The position numbers and the translations under genes were made by a program. From a phage, in sequence record PZ445437.1: a stretch of DNA of 64,000 nucleotides; one strand, 5' to 3'. Below are positions 63,442-64,000 of the stretch, piece by piece. Each line of letters opens with the position of its first letter. The first letter of the stretch is position 1. Below the pieces are notes generated by a model, which did not search any database, was not told where the DNA came from, and saw only the letters and a program-made list of their open reading frames with translations.

Positions 63442-64000
63442 ATGGCAATTGTAGGTGTTCCTGGCTGGATTGGTGAATCTGCCGTGAATGAAACTGGACA
63501 ACGCTGGATGGACGCTGCGATGAAAGCTGTTCGTGTTTCAGTTCCCGGTTGGATGAGTTCAATGGCTGGGCAATCTAAAGAAGTATATTATAGCGTTGGT
63601 GCTAGCAATTCTTACAATAAAGACACACTAATAAATTGGATAAAAGCCCAAGGCAGTACTCCTGTTGTTATTACTATTACAGGAAATATTGTTTCTCAAT
63701 CTACTGGTGTTCCATGCTTAGATTTTCCTAGCTCATTAACTAATGCATATGTTACCTTAAATATTAATAGTGGGGTTCATGTATTAGGTCGGGGAGGAAA
63801 TGGCGGAAGTAACTCTGCTGGCGGAGCAGGAGGAACTGCAATAAATAACGGAATTGGAACTCGTTTAAGAATAAACAATAATGGTATTATTGGTGGCGGC
63901 GGAGGTGGCGGCGCTGGTGCTAGATACCATCCTTTCCCTCAAATGGATATGATATTTGGTGGCGGCGGAGGTCGTCCATTTGGCGCAGCTGGCGCAGCAG
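63442..64000 (+). CDS. 38: tail fibre adhesin gp38 (T2-type, glycine-rich motifs), truncated by window end
   Basis: MAIVGVPGWIGESAVNETGQRWMDAAMKA... followed by GRGGNGGSNSAGGAGG and GGGGGGGAGA glycine runs; runs to window end. Confidence 0.88.
   Translation, partial: MAIVGVPGWIGESAVNETGQRWMDAAMKAVRVSVPGWMSSMAGQSKEVYYSVGASNSYNKDTLINWIKAQGSTPVVITITGNIVSQSTGVPCLDFPSSLTNAYVTLNINSGVHVLGRGGNGGSNSAGGAGGTAINNGIGTRLRINNNGIIGGGGGGGAGARYHPFPQMDMIFGGGGGRPFGAAGAA

Overview
This window reads as a T4-like (T-even, Tequatrovirus-type) phage segment, co-linear with the T4 gene 18 to gene 38 region, and almost every ORF is recognisable. Identifications rest on translating the supplied ORFs and comparing them with T4 protein sequences from memory; no database search was run. 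Plus-strand late structural blocks: tail sheath/tube, portal, prohead core, major capsid (18-19-20-67-68-21-22-23-24); baseplate hub (51-27-28-29-48-54); long tail fibre (34-35-36-37-38). Minus-strand early/middle blocks: rnlB-hoc-inh; uvsY-25-26; alt - DNA ligase - 30.x - rIII - 31 - cd - pseT - spanins - alc - rnlA - denA - nrdB - nrdA - td - frd - 32 - 59 - 33 - dsbA - rnh. It is not T4 itself: (i) two full-length Alt-type ADP-ribosyltransferase genes sit in tandem; (ii) nrdB carries a ~1.09 kb group I intron with a full-length HNH endonuclease (I-TevIII-like) while td is intronless; (iii) a 115-aa ORF separates frd and td; (iv) the fibre tip is T2-type (gp37 with a C-terminal intramolecular chaperone domain plus a glycine-rich gp38 adhesin). 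Most interesting candidates: a YbiA/NADAR-family protein next to a HAD-like hydrolase near ligase and the Alt genes; a duplicated 54-bp early promoter-leader cassette whose inverted repeat would mask the ribosome-binding site in read-through transcripts; and a recurring inverted repeat bracketing the -10 hexamer in six sigma70-type early promoters. No tRNA, rRNA, CRISPR array, integrase or transposase was seen. Several ORF-track starts are TTG and were moved to internal ATGs that have a Shine-Dalgarno sequence. All promoter and terminator calls are by eye and coordinates may be off by a few bases.
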